This document shows, one piece after another, positions 27,028-42,000 of a DNA stretch of 64,000 bases; position 1 is the first letter of the stretch, and every line of letters begins with the position of its first letter. The DNA is from Antedon mediterranea (lineage: Eukaryota; Animalia; Echinodermata). The position numbers and the translations under genes are program-made. A model generated the notes under the pieces. The model made no database searches. It was not told the DNA's origin and saw only the letters and a list, made by a program, of their open reading frames with translations. The stretch is taken from positions 6,257,812-6,321,811 of the forward strand of contig NC_092675.1 of NCBI RefSeq assembly GCF_964355755.1, read 5' to 3'.

Positions 27028-30000
27028 CTGCGAAAAATTTGTTTTATTTATAATTAATATATTGCTCATAAAACCAACGCATCATCATGTCTAATACTGT
27101 TAAGCTAAAAAAATTGAAAATTGAATAGAATATAGTGTTTAAAGAAAAGTATAGGAAGTGACTCAATTGTACATACTTCTTCACTGACTTTCTGCCACTT
27201 TATAAACCAATCATATGCATCATAGTATCTCCTATTATCCTCATGTAGAATGCCTATGTTGAGGTAAAGCCTAGATGTCAGTACACTGTTTTCGCCGTAA
27301 GCTTGTAGGCAAAGTTCTAAAGCCTCCATATATTTCTATATAAAAAATGTAATAATGTTATAACAGAGATAACAACTTTAATCTGTTTTTTGAAGGTTTG
27401 CATGGCGAATCAAATGTCAAATGTTGATATAAAGTTTGCGGTACACCACATATATTATATGATTACTCAACGTTTCGATCAATATGCTTTATTTTATTTA
27501 ATCGAAACCAACAGCGATAATTACCGCCACTAACAGGTTTGATACAAACAAAGCCAGGACTGTTTAAAGCACAGTGCCCACCTTGACAAGAGGAAAGGCA
27601 TGGGCCAATACGTCAAGAGGCAGATACTAGATGCAGGGGCTGCCATAAGAATGCTGATTTCAAATGCCTAACGGGACCCCAGCTCCATATACAGCACCGA
27701 TATTCCCAGATGGTCCAAGCTCTAACCAGGCCCAACATTGCTTAACTTTGGTGATCTGACGAGAACAGGTCTTTCAAAATAGAAAATCTATATATGTAAT
27801 AATGCTGTATATGTAATAATGTAATATTAACATAGATAACAACTTGAATCTGCTCTAATGGTTCCTTTATATCTTTCAGCTGCCACAGAAACGACAATCA
27901 TCTCCCTTTCAACAGACAGGTTAAAATAACCTCCTGAGTAACCACCAACTCTGGGTTATTAAGTACACACAAGCTAAATGTGTACATAGCCTTCTCTTGT
28001 TCTGATGGCTAGAATTACTGTCGATACGAGCTCAAGGAGATAAATATCACCCAAACGTTATTATTTGTCACTCTTACATACCTGTAACTGTTCGTCACTA
28101 GCTCTTTCTAATAAAATTCCTGCTGTCATGATGGCATCAGCCAAATGTCCATCATCTCCAAGCTATTCAAGATAAATCAACATTTTTTCTATTATAACAT
28201 TTTGTATACAATTACATAATCTGTAAACTATTAAATACATACAGTACAGTACCAAAACTGCCCAGCTTTCATTCAACAGATATATTATATGAACAGAGTG
28301 AGTCTCTTGCCTTGTTCACACTGGAAAAATTATAAATTTAACCATGGTAGCTTTACCCAATGTCATCAGAAGACATGACCATTTTTCGCACTTGGATATT
28401 TTCATGTGTTATAGTTTTACTGTAATTTTACCAAAATTTATTGCCTCACATGTGCTAACACAAGTCACACGTTCGGATTGGACTTTTTAGCCGCATGGTC
28501 AGTTTTACCGAGACCATGGTACGTTTTACTGGGCAGCAGGCAGTGGTCGGTAAAAATAACTATTGAACTTGGTTAATCTTTAGCCAGTGTTTGGATTGGA
28601 CCAGGTTAAGTTGACCAAATTAAGTTCAGTGCAATCGAGGCTTTATATTAAGACCAACTCAGACAGCGTCATGACTTGTCGGTGCTGTCTGAGTTGAATC
28701 CCGACAAGACGAGTCATCTTGAAATAGCGTCAGGCATAGTTTTTAGGTCGTCGGGAGAAGTTTAAACATTAAATTTTTTATTAGTTTAATTTTCTCCCGA
28801 CGAGACGACTTGTCGTACGACGCTGTCTGAGTTGGGCATTAGCAGTAATTGAGATGGAACTAGAGATTGAATACAATACTTACGTCCTTGAATATCTGTA
28901 TGGCCCTGTCAATACAAGCCTGGCCTTCCTCTACGGCTTCTTCACCAGACATGCTGTTGTCTCCACCACACTCGAGCCAACTCTCTAGGTTAAACGCCAT
29001 CTGTACAAGGGTCTTTCCAAGTTTATACTAAGACAAAAATAACAAAGTGAAAATAATATCTTGAAACTTTCCAGTATTCACCATAGTTTTAAAATTCCTT
29101 TATCTAAATGAATACTACAGTATATAAGGGATTCTTATTTATTGACTTAAGTGAAATGCTTAGTATTATGAGAAATATCTAACTTATCTTTTCCACTTAG
29201 GAAAATTGAAAAATCCTCTTATTTAAATTAAGCACTTATTATTACTAACAGAAGTATTTAAGAAAATATCTAACATAGGTGCATTCACTGGGTTCAACAT
29301 TCATATTTAGGCTAAGAGGGAAATACTCTTAACATTTAAAAATTCTTTATCTAAGAAATTAAGGGAAATTCTTAAATATTTCTTGACATCATAAGAGAAA
29401 TACTTGTGTGAAATATTGGTGAATATGGCAATTGGGTCCCAAAGTTCAAAATGCGAAACTGTCATATGCTTTCTGTTGAAGGTTAACAAAAATAAACAAA
29501 AAAACACCACCTACCTTGTGTGCCTCACCCTCTAGTGTTTCTCTTATTGCGATAGATTTCCTTCCAAAATCTATAAGAGGTTTTAATTCTCGCATTTGAC
29601 TGGGATCAATGTATTCATACAACTTGAGTTTCTGAATAAAAAGGTAATTATTAAAATACAGTAACATTGAAGATACTAAAAGAGGAGGACATCACCTACC
29701 AAGAAAAGTAAAAGAATCTATCTAGAACAGAACAGAAAACAACATGAACAGAAACCAGGGAGGACTCAAGCTCAGTTGCATCCAGGACACATCCATGACG
29801 GGACATCCGCAAAAAGACATAAGAACAAGTGGTGGCGCTAGACAGCACCGAGACAGAAAGAGTGATGATAAACAATCAACACGTCACTTGCATGAACAAT
29901 ACAACTGACGCTAGTAGCCAGAATGTAGAAAAAAAATTCAAAAAATCTATTTTCGTGGTTTACCCAATACAAACATAAAATACAGTACTTTTGCATGATT

Positions 30001-33000
30001 CAAAAATAAAAATAAATAAGAATAAATTTCTCTTATAGATGAAGTACATACATCATCATATATAGTTGCTGCAAGATGGTAGAGTTCTACCATCCGCTCT
30101 GGACGACTGCTCAAGTCCTCTTGTTCAATCTTCATCGCCTTCTCCAGTAAAGCAAGCGATTTCATATTTTCACCAGACTGGTTACTGAAAAGACATTGAA
30201 AAAATAATATTTAACCTACAAGATAGTTGTCTCATAACATTTTTAAAATAAACAGATATAAAATCATAAGCAAAATAAAATAAACAATGTTATTGGTTGT
30301 CGAGATATGTTTTTAGGTTTGTACTGATGTGGCAGCCAAAACATGGGCTTGCAAAACAAAAGCATTGATGTACCAGAGACGGATACTGGTATGAAGAGAG
30401 ATGAACTGGCTGTCACAACTGGCAGATAGGAAATTATGGAGGAATCTAGTCATATAAGTTCGGGTATGTATGAGTAAGTAAGTAAAGTAATTATGACGAA
30501 GTTTTATGCAAAATTCCTATAACTTATAATTACTACACCTTTGGCTACCAAAAAAGACTAAATTGAGTCAACACGCCAACCATACAGATTTACGTGGTAG
30601 GCTACCACTACTGCCAACAAATTTTGGACATTGTTGCTACCAACTCATAAAATATTGTTTTAAAAGACGGTAAAAATGAACATATATGAAGGATTTTTTG
30701 TTGCCGTTATTTTTTAGTTGTATAGTAACAATCATCTCATCTTCCTATACTGTTCATAACCTCCTTTGAGTATAGTCACACAAGGATTGGTCACATTATG
30801 CAGCTGGGCTTCCTAATTTTCCATATTGGAAAGTAAATAACTAAACAGTTCAGTATAATGTCTTTATGTGAGAAAACAAAGAAGACTTACACTACTCTGG
30901 CGACTTGCTCATATCGTCTGGCTAGCAGCTGTAAATCAGGATCATCACTGTTTTCAATCTGATTTAGTTGACTTTGGTAACGGGTCTCCATCTGTGTTTG
31001 CCATGTTTTACCACAACCCTTTAGACGGTGACAGAAAGTAGAGTTAACATATGATAAGATAATAAGATTTATAAAGCGTACATATCTACAAAGTACTCAA
31101 GGCGCTTAAACATACAGTGTGTCATATATTAGAGTCATCTCATTAAGCGCTACAAAATGTCTTATTTATATGTATTGTACTTTACTACAAAACAAAAAAA
31201 CATCCCATAATAGGGAGTTTTGATTTGCGACAACCCAGAACCTAAAGCTCTGTCTACACTATCAAACTAGTTTGAAAAGTGTGAATTCCCAAATATGGTA
31301 GTGATATACCCAAATATGGTAGTAATATTTATTTTATTTTATTAATTTCGGCAATAAACATAAAATAATAATTACAAAAAAAAACATAGAAATATATATA
31401 TATATGAAAAACAAGACACGAGGCCGAGGAAAGACAAAAGCATTAAACAAAACGCTGTCACCGGTAAGGTGTGTCTCTCCAACGATATGACATCATCATA
31501 TCCATATTTGGGCACATAGACCAAACTTAAGAACTAGGTAAGTCATTGTAAGCATGCAGGGACATTGCAACAAGCATCTACAACACAGTATTAGTTGATA
31601 GATTCAGGCAATGACAATATACAGTACATACAGTATGTCACAGTGGATTTTGAAGTACGGCAAATACTGTACACATACAGTCAACTCTCCCAATACCAGA
31701 CATTCTTGGGCTGTCCTAATATATCTGGTTTTCCAGAAAGTCTGATATTCAAAATGTATTTTTAATGGTAAATAAACATTTTTAAACTTTTGAACCTTGA
31801 GAAAAGTCTTGTTTTAGGAGAGTTTCCAGTTTTCAGAGAATTCGGTATTGGGAGAGTTGACTGTACTAACATAAAAGCACTGCAAATGAAATTTACTGAG
31901 CTTACCTCTCGCCAGTATCTTAGAAGCAAAGTACTGTATTCCTCATTGTACAACTTGTCAAATATTTTCCAGTCCATTAAAAAGTCTTTCAGGTTTTCAG
32001 CTTGGTTAATTTTTAGCAAATGAATCGGCAATTCCTTAAAAAGTAGTTTTAGACAAATCATATTTATTTTACTTTATTACAAATAATATAACAATTAATA
32101 ATAAATATAATGTATTTAGTATATGATTTAGCCATTTCTAATTTTGGCAATGATATTCCATAACAATGCACGTCCCCTGTTGTTCCAGTCATGGTCTATT
32201 CGTCTATATGGGCTATTTATCTATTTATTTTCTTACATTTCGTTGTGAAGCTCCTATCACAAGCCCCTTGGGGCTTCCTCGAGGTCCCTTACATCTTATT
32301 TAAATTTGTTTTACTCATTTTTTGTTTTGAAAGTAGGAACTGATATTGGTAAGATACACGTTTTAACTTTTCACTTACCTCTACTTTGCGATCAATATTA
32401 TCGGATTGTTCAAAGAAATCGGCCAGCTTGCTATGCCACCATAACTGGTCAACAGCTCCTGATGTATGACCTTCAAAGTATCTAGTAAACAATGATGGTA
32501 TGGTTTATGGTACACCATTTATTTACAAAACAAAATAAAGAAACAATGTCTTCTCAAAGTTGTAGTTTTTATGCTAAAAGTAAGCACAGTCTATATCACT
32601 AGACAATATTGATTGTGATAATATTAGAAAATATGCAAATGACTTAATGTTTATATCTCTGTGTAAATAATAAATTACACACAAGAATAAACACAACAGT
32701 GATTTAAAAAATGTTTAACTTACTTCTTTCGGACAGCTTTGCTTAGTGCCCTGTGGTAGAAATCAAGCCGACCTTCGCCACTATCTCCAAAAGGACGTAG
32801 AAATGGTTTCAACGCTCTGAACACGACAGCCCACTTGGCAGCAGGAAGGGGACCGATGTCTTTAGTCTTTTTTTCACGTCCACCATCTATAAATTTTTAA
32901 AAAATTAATAAAAATCAAACAGATGTACATATGTAGCACCAATTCATTTAGTTATTTTATCCCTTATTATCAATTATGATTTAAAAGTTTTGTAAACTTC

Positions 33001-36000
33001 AAGTTCAAGTTAAAAATTATATATAAAATATAAAAAAAAATATTTTTATTTATTAGTACAGTACAAAAATACAGTCAATAGAACACATGAAATAGAGCAC
33101 ATGCAATAGAGCACATGCAATAGAGCACATGCAATAGAGCACATGCAATAGAGCACATGCAATAGAGCACATGCAATAGAACGCATGCAATAGAGCACAT
33201 GAAATAGAGCACATGAAATAGAGCACATGAAATAGAGCACATGCAATAGAGCACATGAAATAGAGCGCATGTAATAGAATGCATGCAATAGAGCACATGA
33301 AATAGAACACATGAAATAGAGCACATGCAATAGAACACATGCAATAGAGCACATGCAATAAAACACATGCAATAGAGCACATGCAATAGAGCACATGAAA
33401 TAGAGCACATGCAATAGAACACATGAAATAGAGCACATGCAATAGAACACATGAAATAGAGTACATGCAATAGAACAAGACTTCTTTAGTTTAATTATTT
33501 CAATAGAACGTAAATTTAACTTAATCTTATCTTAATTAATGAAACAATACAAAATAGTTAACGAACCTTTACTTTCACTCTCTTCCTCAACTTCAGGTTT
33601 TAAGTTATCCTCATCTCCCAAAATTTGTAATAATTCTGTTTCTAGCAATCCAGTTGCTGATGTCTCTAGTAAGCACAGTGTTGCAACCAACAGTTGGCCA
33701 CCATTCTCTTCCTCAAAACGTTCAAATACTTGCTCCAACAAACTAGTAAACATAAATGAATACAAATTGTCTTAAATTATATTTTTAATTATAAGTTATC
33801 GGTACAGATATAGAGCAAATGCAACAGAGCACAATAGAACACATGCAACAGAGCACATGTAATTGAGTACATGCAATAGAACACATGCAACAGAGCACAT
33901 GTAATTGAGTAAATGCAATAGAACACATGCAACAGAGCACATGTAATTGAGTACATGCAAGAGAACACATGCAACAGAGCACATGTAATTGAGTACATGC
34001 AATAGAACACATGCAACAGAGCACATGTAATTGAGTACATGCAATAGAACACATGCAACAGAGCACATGTAATTGAGTACATGCAATAGAACACATGCAA
34101 TAGAACACATGTAATTGAGTACATGCAATAGAACACATGCAACAGAGCACATGTAATTGAGTACATGCAATAGAACACATGCAATAGAACACATGCAACA
34201 GAGCACATGTAATTGAGTACATGCAATAGAACACATGCAACAGAGCGCATGTAATTGAGTACATGCAATAGAACACATGCAACAGAGCACATGTAATTGA
34301 GTACATGCAATAGAACACATGCAACAGAGCACATGTAATTGAGTACATGCAATAGAACACATGCAACAGAGCACATGTAATTGAGTACATGCAATAGAAC
34401 ACATGTAATTGAGTACATGCAATAGAACACATGCAACATAGCACATGTAATTGAGTACATGCAATAGAACACATGCAACAGAGCACATGTAATTGAGTAA
34501 ATGCAATAGAACACATGCAACAGAGCACATGTAATTGAGTACATGCAATAGAACACATGCAACAGAGCACATGTAATTGAGTACATGCAATAGAACACAT
34601 GCAACAGAGCACATGTAATTGAGTACATGCAATAGAACACATGCAACAGAGCACATGTAATTGAGTACATGCAATAGAGTACATGCAATAGAACACATGC
34701 AATAGAACACATGCAACAGAGCACATGCAAAATTGATATAATTGGGTCAATTTTTTTTTAAAAAGGTATATGACTTTTACTACAATTTATGTATTACAAT
34801 CAGATATCACAGATCTTTATATTCAAGTATTTGATATTTCTTAAATAATTTATAAAATCTATTTTTTACTTGTTTTTTTTAGTTATAAACATGTTAAACT
34901 TATGTGTTAGAGAAAAGATATTAGTTTAATTGTTGTTTTTTTTTAGTTTCTAATTGTGTTATATTATTTATATTTTATTTGTTTTGTTTTGAGGAGCCTA
35001 TTCACCACAAGCTTTGCTTTCTTTTAGGCTCCTCCACTTTATATTTATATATTTGTAAAGTGAAATAAATAAATGAAATGAAAAGTATACTAAAATAAAA
35101 ACAATGCTTACTCCAACAAGCCATCTTTCATCTTATTGATTTTATCTGTGACACGCTCAAAGAATCCAAACACTCTTAATTCCTCACATGCCACAGCGAG
35201 CCAAAGAGGATTCTGCGACGACTCTTTGGACAGCAAACTGCTGATCTGCTTTTCATCCAAACGTTTGTTGTACTTGCCCAGCATTTCTGTTACAATTTCC
35301 TACAAATAAATTAAGAAGAAATAGTGGTTAGTTGACTTAAGCTCTGTCTACACTATCAAACTAGTTTGACAAAAAAAGTGTGATGATGATGATTTTAACC
35401 AATGACCATGAGACAGTACAATAATAACACTATATATATCAATGAGACATAGACATACCTTTCTAGCATCCATATTAAGCGGTGTGACAATAATTTCCTC
35501 TGGTTTAATTGACCTTTCAAGCAGCATCTTGTGTGGTGGTGTATCATTGATCATTGAGATAATGACTCGCACTTGAGGGGCTAATTTGCGTGGTAACCAG
35601 CTCAAAATTGTTCCTGATTTGTCATCGTCAAACTAGATAAAATAAAAGTAAATAAATATGTATGTATTCTACTTTTTAAATATTATAAAGCTCTGTCTAC
35701 ACTATCAAATTTTATGCGACAACAAAATGTGATGTGCCCTAATATGGAAATGATGATGTCATATCAATACCATATTTGGGCATATCATTATCACTACCAT
35801 ATTTGGGCACATTACACTATTTGTGTCAAACTAGTTTGATAGTGTAGACAGAGCTTAAAGCTCTAATTGTTAAATCAAAACCATTCTGTTTTTGAATAGG
35901 GCAACTAGATTATTACCGGGCTAGCTGGGTTAGAACTTTTGGAACTGTTAGCCAATCATATATATGATAATTAGGTGTTCATTAAGTGTTCTTTACTGCT

Positions 36001-39000
36001 GTCTCATTAGCCAATCAGATGGCATGAATTTAAACATGTGGTATATGATAATTAGGTGTTCATTAAGAGTTCTTTACTGCTGTCTCATTAGCCAATCAGA
36101 TGGCATGAATTTAAACATGTGGTATATGATAATTAGGTGTTCATTAAGTGTTCTTTACTGCTGTCTCATTAGCCAATCAGATGGCATGAATTTAAACATG
36201 TGGTATATGATAATTAGGTGTTCATTAAGTGTCCTTTACTGCTGTCTCATTAGCCAATCAGATGGCATGAATTGTACCATGTGGTATTTAATCAAGAATA
36301 ATTATATTATCTTTTTACAGCTATCTCACTAAGCATTAAAGACCAACTATTAGCCAATCAGATGTCGTGAATTTATCCATGTCAGGTCACTGTTACTCTA
36401 AAGACCTTTACATTTAACTGAAATTATTTAAATTGCTATAAAGACAGACACTAACAAAATGTCCAGATTAATGTACATTAGCTTAGAATGATTGAATACT
36501 AGGCTTACTTGATTAAGTGCATCAATGATGACAAGTACTGGAGGTGTCTTTGTGTTGGACAGAACACTACATGTCATCTGACAAGTTGTCTCTAGATTCT
36601 TGGGCATTGTAGCTTCCTGGAAAATGAATAAAATAAATGGTCATTTAAATGGTTCATGATAACGATTTTAGTGACTGTTCAGTCACACATGCTTTTTATA
36701 AATGACAACACAATGTCTGGGAGAAAGAGCATAAATGTACAAAAATATATTTAGGTGTTGAAATTAAACTAACTATTTAAGAAGACATACCAAAGGAAAT
36801 GTATAGGAATATAAAATGAAATTGGCACTTTGTTTAAATAGAAGAAAAGTTTAGATATTATTTTTATTAGTTACTACATAATAACAAGAAATGTTGAATA
36901 TACTGGTGCTCACCGGGGTTCAATTAGATCGATCCCTGGTTAGCAACGAAGGCATATCCCCTTACTTCGGTTTGGTTTTTTTTTTGGCATGGTTGGAATC
37001 CCCGTTTTTCGTATTAGTTTTAAGTACAGTGCTTAGAAGTTTAACAACATTAGGCACTATATACTGAAAATCCAGGATATTATTATACTGTATTTGCGGA
37101 GTTGGATTTCCGAGTGAACACGGGACTCACCTTTACCTTTACTGTATTTGTATATTATATAAATCCAAAGGCAAATTAATGAAAAAATTACAATGCTGTG
37201 GGTGATATATATATATTGTCAGCATTGATGTGTTTCATCAAGGCAAGTTGTAACGTGGTTTTAAAATAAGTACTGTAATTGAATAATATATGATTTATAG
37301 CTATGCAAGATTTATTTTGTAGACCTACATTAACTGATCCTAATTCTTTCAAGAGTCGTTTTAACGCCTTCTCTAGATCAGTGGAACCAGGAACGGCACC
37401 AACAAAATGAAAGAATATATGCCAACCAGTGCTGCCACCTCTGTGCAAGAGAAAAAAAGAAGAAAACACAACGAAAATAAGAATGTTGTATAGGAGGAGC
37501 TTAGATTTATTATGTTTTATAAACTCTCTTTAACAGCCATTCAGTTTTAAATAACTACCCCTGTGGGGTACTCAATAAGTAACTTATTTTGTTTGCTTAA
37601 TACTAGGTATTTGAGTTTAAAAGTCAATAAACAGCTTTTTTAAAACTACAAGATGGCCTATTCAAAGTTTGATTTCATCCATTCATTCATTAGTGGAAAA
37701 TTACTTCAATTTATTGTCATTTGCATATTAAATATACATAAAAATTATGTTTGCTCCGAGATATACAAAAACAGAAAAAACATTTACAAAGTGTCACATC
37801 ACTCTTGTACTTTATTATTAGTTTTGAAGGTCAACATATCTTTAAGTTGTATTCACTTGAAATTTTAAGGGCGTTTCCCTTTTGCTTGGTTCCCACTAGA
37901 ACGCAACGATGCAGACGCAAAGCAAGAGAGTTGACCAATAACAAGTGACAGTTTGAATCCTCGATTGTAATTGGTCAACTCGCTGATGTTGCGCTTACGT
38001 CCTTGCGTTGCGTCCTAATGGGAACCAAGCTTTAGTGGGGACACTAGTTTTGAAGCATCGTCAAGACTAGAACCAAGGAACCTGAGATTTATAATAACAA
38101 TGCTAACCATGCCATAGTACCATTATTACTTATTATAATAATGCACTATAACGATATTTAAACCTACCCTGGAATTTGCTTGCTCATAGCCATCTGTTGA
38201 CTGACGTCTGCCGTTTTGGCAAGAAGCGATGACTTTCCAGTTCCAGCACCCCCAAGTATAACTAAAGAGTTGTTGACACCAATGTCTGTTACATATTTCT
38301 CAACTTTTTCAAGAATTGTTGTTCTGCCCAGAACTAGGGCTCCTCTGCTTTTGAGGAAAGACTATAAATGAGAAAATATTTTTTTTTTATTTTTTTTTAA
38401 TTTATTCATGATATGTTGCCAAGTTTCTTCTAATCTTTTTGTGGAAAAAAAATGTCAAAAAATGTGCTAAGCTATAAATATGTATACAGTAAAACCTGTG
38501 TATTGTATCATGATGAGTGCGCACTATATCTCATCTGCCAAGCCCTATGATCCTAGAGGTTAAAGAGACAACTTGGCACTACTGTAATTATTAACAACCT
38601 TATCACAACTGTTTTTATCACAAAAAATGTTTTTTTTTTATAGAAATGCATTATTTAATTTAAATTTAACAAAAAAATAATAAACACATTAAAAGCAGTA
38701 TCACCTCATGTGCTTCTTTAGCTTGTTGATACGGATCAAGGGTTCCCTCCGACAATGGATACTGCTCTTCGATACGATTCTTAAAAAATTCAAACACCTT
38801 GAGAAAAAAAAGATATCAAGTTTGTATCGTAATACTCAGGCACAACAATTTCACAAAAACTGTACAATAGTACCTTCAATTGTTGAAACTAATGCATGGC
38901 ACATGATACAAAATCAACCAATCAAATTGGAAGCATAAAGTAGATATGTTAAAGTAGTAATATAGTTTAAAATATTAGTATTGTAAATAAAGTAATATCA

Positions 39001-42000
39001 ATCAATCAATTACTTAAAATTAAAAAAAAAATCTCCTATCTAAGTGAATACAATTTAAGGGAAATACTTAAATATTCATTGAGTTAAGTGAAATACTTAA
39101 TAATTAAGGGACATATCTCACTTAAGTGTGATTGGTAAATGAGGCCACAGAGGCCTAAAGTTAATAAAGGCAGGCAATGCACATGAATGATATTAAAAGG
39201 AATACACACTGCTTACTTACATTTTTACAGAACCCTTCCTGTAGACCAGTAAGTTCAACTTTGCCATCCTCATCAATACCCGCATATTCACAATCATACC
39301 ACTTAACACGATCTTTCTAAAAAGTTAAAATACAAAATTTATTTTATTTAAGTTGATAGCACCAAGTTGAAACTAAAATAGTCTTATTAAATGGCTTTCA
39401 ACCCTATTAATTTGTCAGCATGTTTTAACTTTCTGTCAATCCATATTCAAATCATATAGGTCACAGGTTATGCCTTTATGATTTTTGAAATATATATATA
39501 TTGTTGATTTCAATTAATCAAAAATAGCATGCCCTCTATTGCTATTTGTATTTTTTTCAATTTCAAACGCTCAATTTTGTTTATTGCATGAATGCACAAA
39601 CATATCTTAGTGGAGCTGTAGCTTGGCGGTTAACATGATTGCCTTCCCTGTAATCCCGAGGTCAAGAGTTCAATCCTGACCTGGTGTCTAGGTGTGCCTA
39701 GTGTCCACTTCCTAAAAATGAGACTTAGTTTATAAGCACAATAAATTATCAAATAGTTTATCCTGGCAAGTTGGTGGCTGTTTGCTGCTCTTAATGCCAT
39801 TAAAACCCCTTGCCTTCTTCTTTTTATTAATCTTCATGTAACTTACAGTTGAACAGGGATTATTCACAACAACTACTATTATTTTATACAAGCCAAAAAA
39901 TCAATGATTTAATCAACTATAACAGCTTCTCATTAATAACTGTGTAATTGATTAACTTACAATTTGAAAGAATTAACAAGTTTTAAATTGAATTAGCATA
40001 TCAATTTATACGCTAAGACTACCTAATCAATCAAGCAAACTAACTAAACATTGTATTTTCGTGACCAATTAATTTTTGCAGAAAAACAAAGTGATTATGA
40101 GTGTGTCAGACAAAGCCAAAAATCCAGCATAACCTAACAATTTCCAACAACAAAATGTACACTGTAGTACTACTGCAGTCATCAATATTTTTTTTTTAAA
40201 TAACACCTGGTTGGAAATATTTTATTTCATTTTTTATTTATTTTTGTCTCCATAAAAATACAAAATAAAAAATGTTGACAAAGAACAAGAAAAAAAAACC
40301 AAGCAGAGACAGGATTCCTAAAAAGCGAACTCAATCTCAATCAAGGCTGCTTTTGTGCTTTCCTGGCAGCTAGTGACTATGATTTTATTTTTTCCGTCGT
40401 GTTTGTTAAATTGTTGATTTGTATGTATCTTTTGCCTTAATAAATAATATTAATAATAATATTAATATTAATAATATTAATAATAATATTAATAATAATA
40501 ATCATTATCTAGTAGGTCTCCTATTGCACTGATTAGATAAAAAACACTTAGAATATAATTTGTATAAACATTAAAAATGCATATAAATATATATAAAAAT
40601 AAATTAAAATATATTGCAATATCAAATGTTAATTGATGTAAAAGCATCCAAATCAGCTTTTTGGCTATAATAAATTTTGAGTTGCATTAATTTGTTTAAA
40701 TTTAAAATAAAGATACCAAGATATTTTTGTCTATTCTTTGAAATTGTAGTATTTACTGATGAATGAAGAATAATCTTTGTTTTGAGATTATTAAAGATGT
40801 ATTGTCCTCCAAAAACAGGAAAAATGAATATTAATTATTAAATCAGACTTTGAATAGGTTATTTAGTAGTTTTAATAAAGTTAATCACTTCCATCTAAAA
40901 AAAACAAAACAAAAAATGTTTTCACTTATAAAATAACATAATGGTTAAATTCAACAAAAATCCATTGGCTGGCAGCCACTTTGATAACTATGGATAACTA
41001 TTATGTGACATTAAAATGGCATATTCAGCAACAACAAAAATATTTTCAGGGGGACAATACATCTTTAAAGTATTTTATAAAACAACCCAGATTCTGAAAA
41101 TAATTCTGTGAAATCTGACTAATGATAGGTACTGTAAACCAACCCAATCAATCAATCATTCTATATTTAAATCAATCCATCAATTAATCTGTTTGAAAAT
41201 CAATCAAGCAGTCTGAATTAAATCAGTCATTTTGAAAATAATTCAGTCTGGAAATCACTTTGAAAATAAATAAATCATTCAATCTTTTTGAAATCAATCA
41301 TTTAATCTGAAAGTTAAGTAATCATGTCTGAAAATGAATCAATTTTTCTGTTTCTGTTTTGCTGCATAGTGCCGAAAAAAACGATTCAAATATATTGACG
41401 TTGACGTAAACGTTACTGCAGTGTAGTTGACTCAAGGTTAGCAGCTGTCTATCGAATAACCGTTATTTTGTGTTGCATCTACAAATTGCTCAACCGGTTT
41501 TAAATGGCTTTCTAAGACCAAATTAAATGGATGTCTTTAACCGGTTATTTTGCGCTGCCTTTTAACCAGTTACCACAAAATTGTTCCGTTTCTCTTTCCA
41601 AGAAAATTGACACCGTTTTTTAACTGGTTTTTATGCAGCAGAAACAGGCCCAATGAGTCTAAAATCATTCATTCAATCTGGTAATCAATAAATCAGTCTG
41701 AAAAAGTCAGGCAATCAGTCAGTCTGAAAATCGATCAAAACTTACCAATCGTGTTTTAAGCATTTGTTTAAGTACATCCAGCTTATGAGGCGCTATTGGG
41801 TTTGGATCCATAAAGTCACCGACATACTCTTCTGGTATTGTCTTCAGAAATGACGAATTGCGAACCAAAAATAAAGCTGAATAAAGCAAAATATTTGTAT
41901 CAAACATTTATTTAATTGACCAGATATTCAAGGTGAATAAGTGATTTAAACCTTTAGAAGAGGTACAAAATGTTAACAGAAATTGTCAAGACTAAAGGCA

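Noticed and set aside
27690-27777. Functional 5S rRNA gene
   Set aside because: 5'-truncated, deletion in the internal control region, no oligo-T terminator after the 3' end.
33046-34750. Long Cys/His-rich ORFs (up to 321 aa) on the - strand
   Set aside because: Open in all three frames because the 14-bp minisatellite lacks stops; intronic, not a metallothionein or zinc-finger gene.
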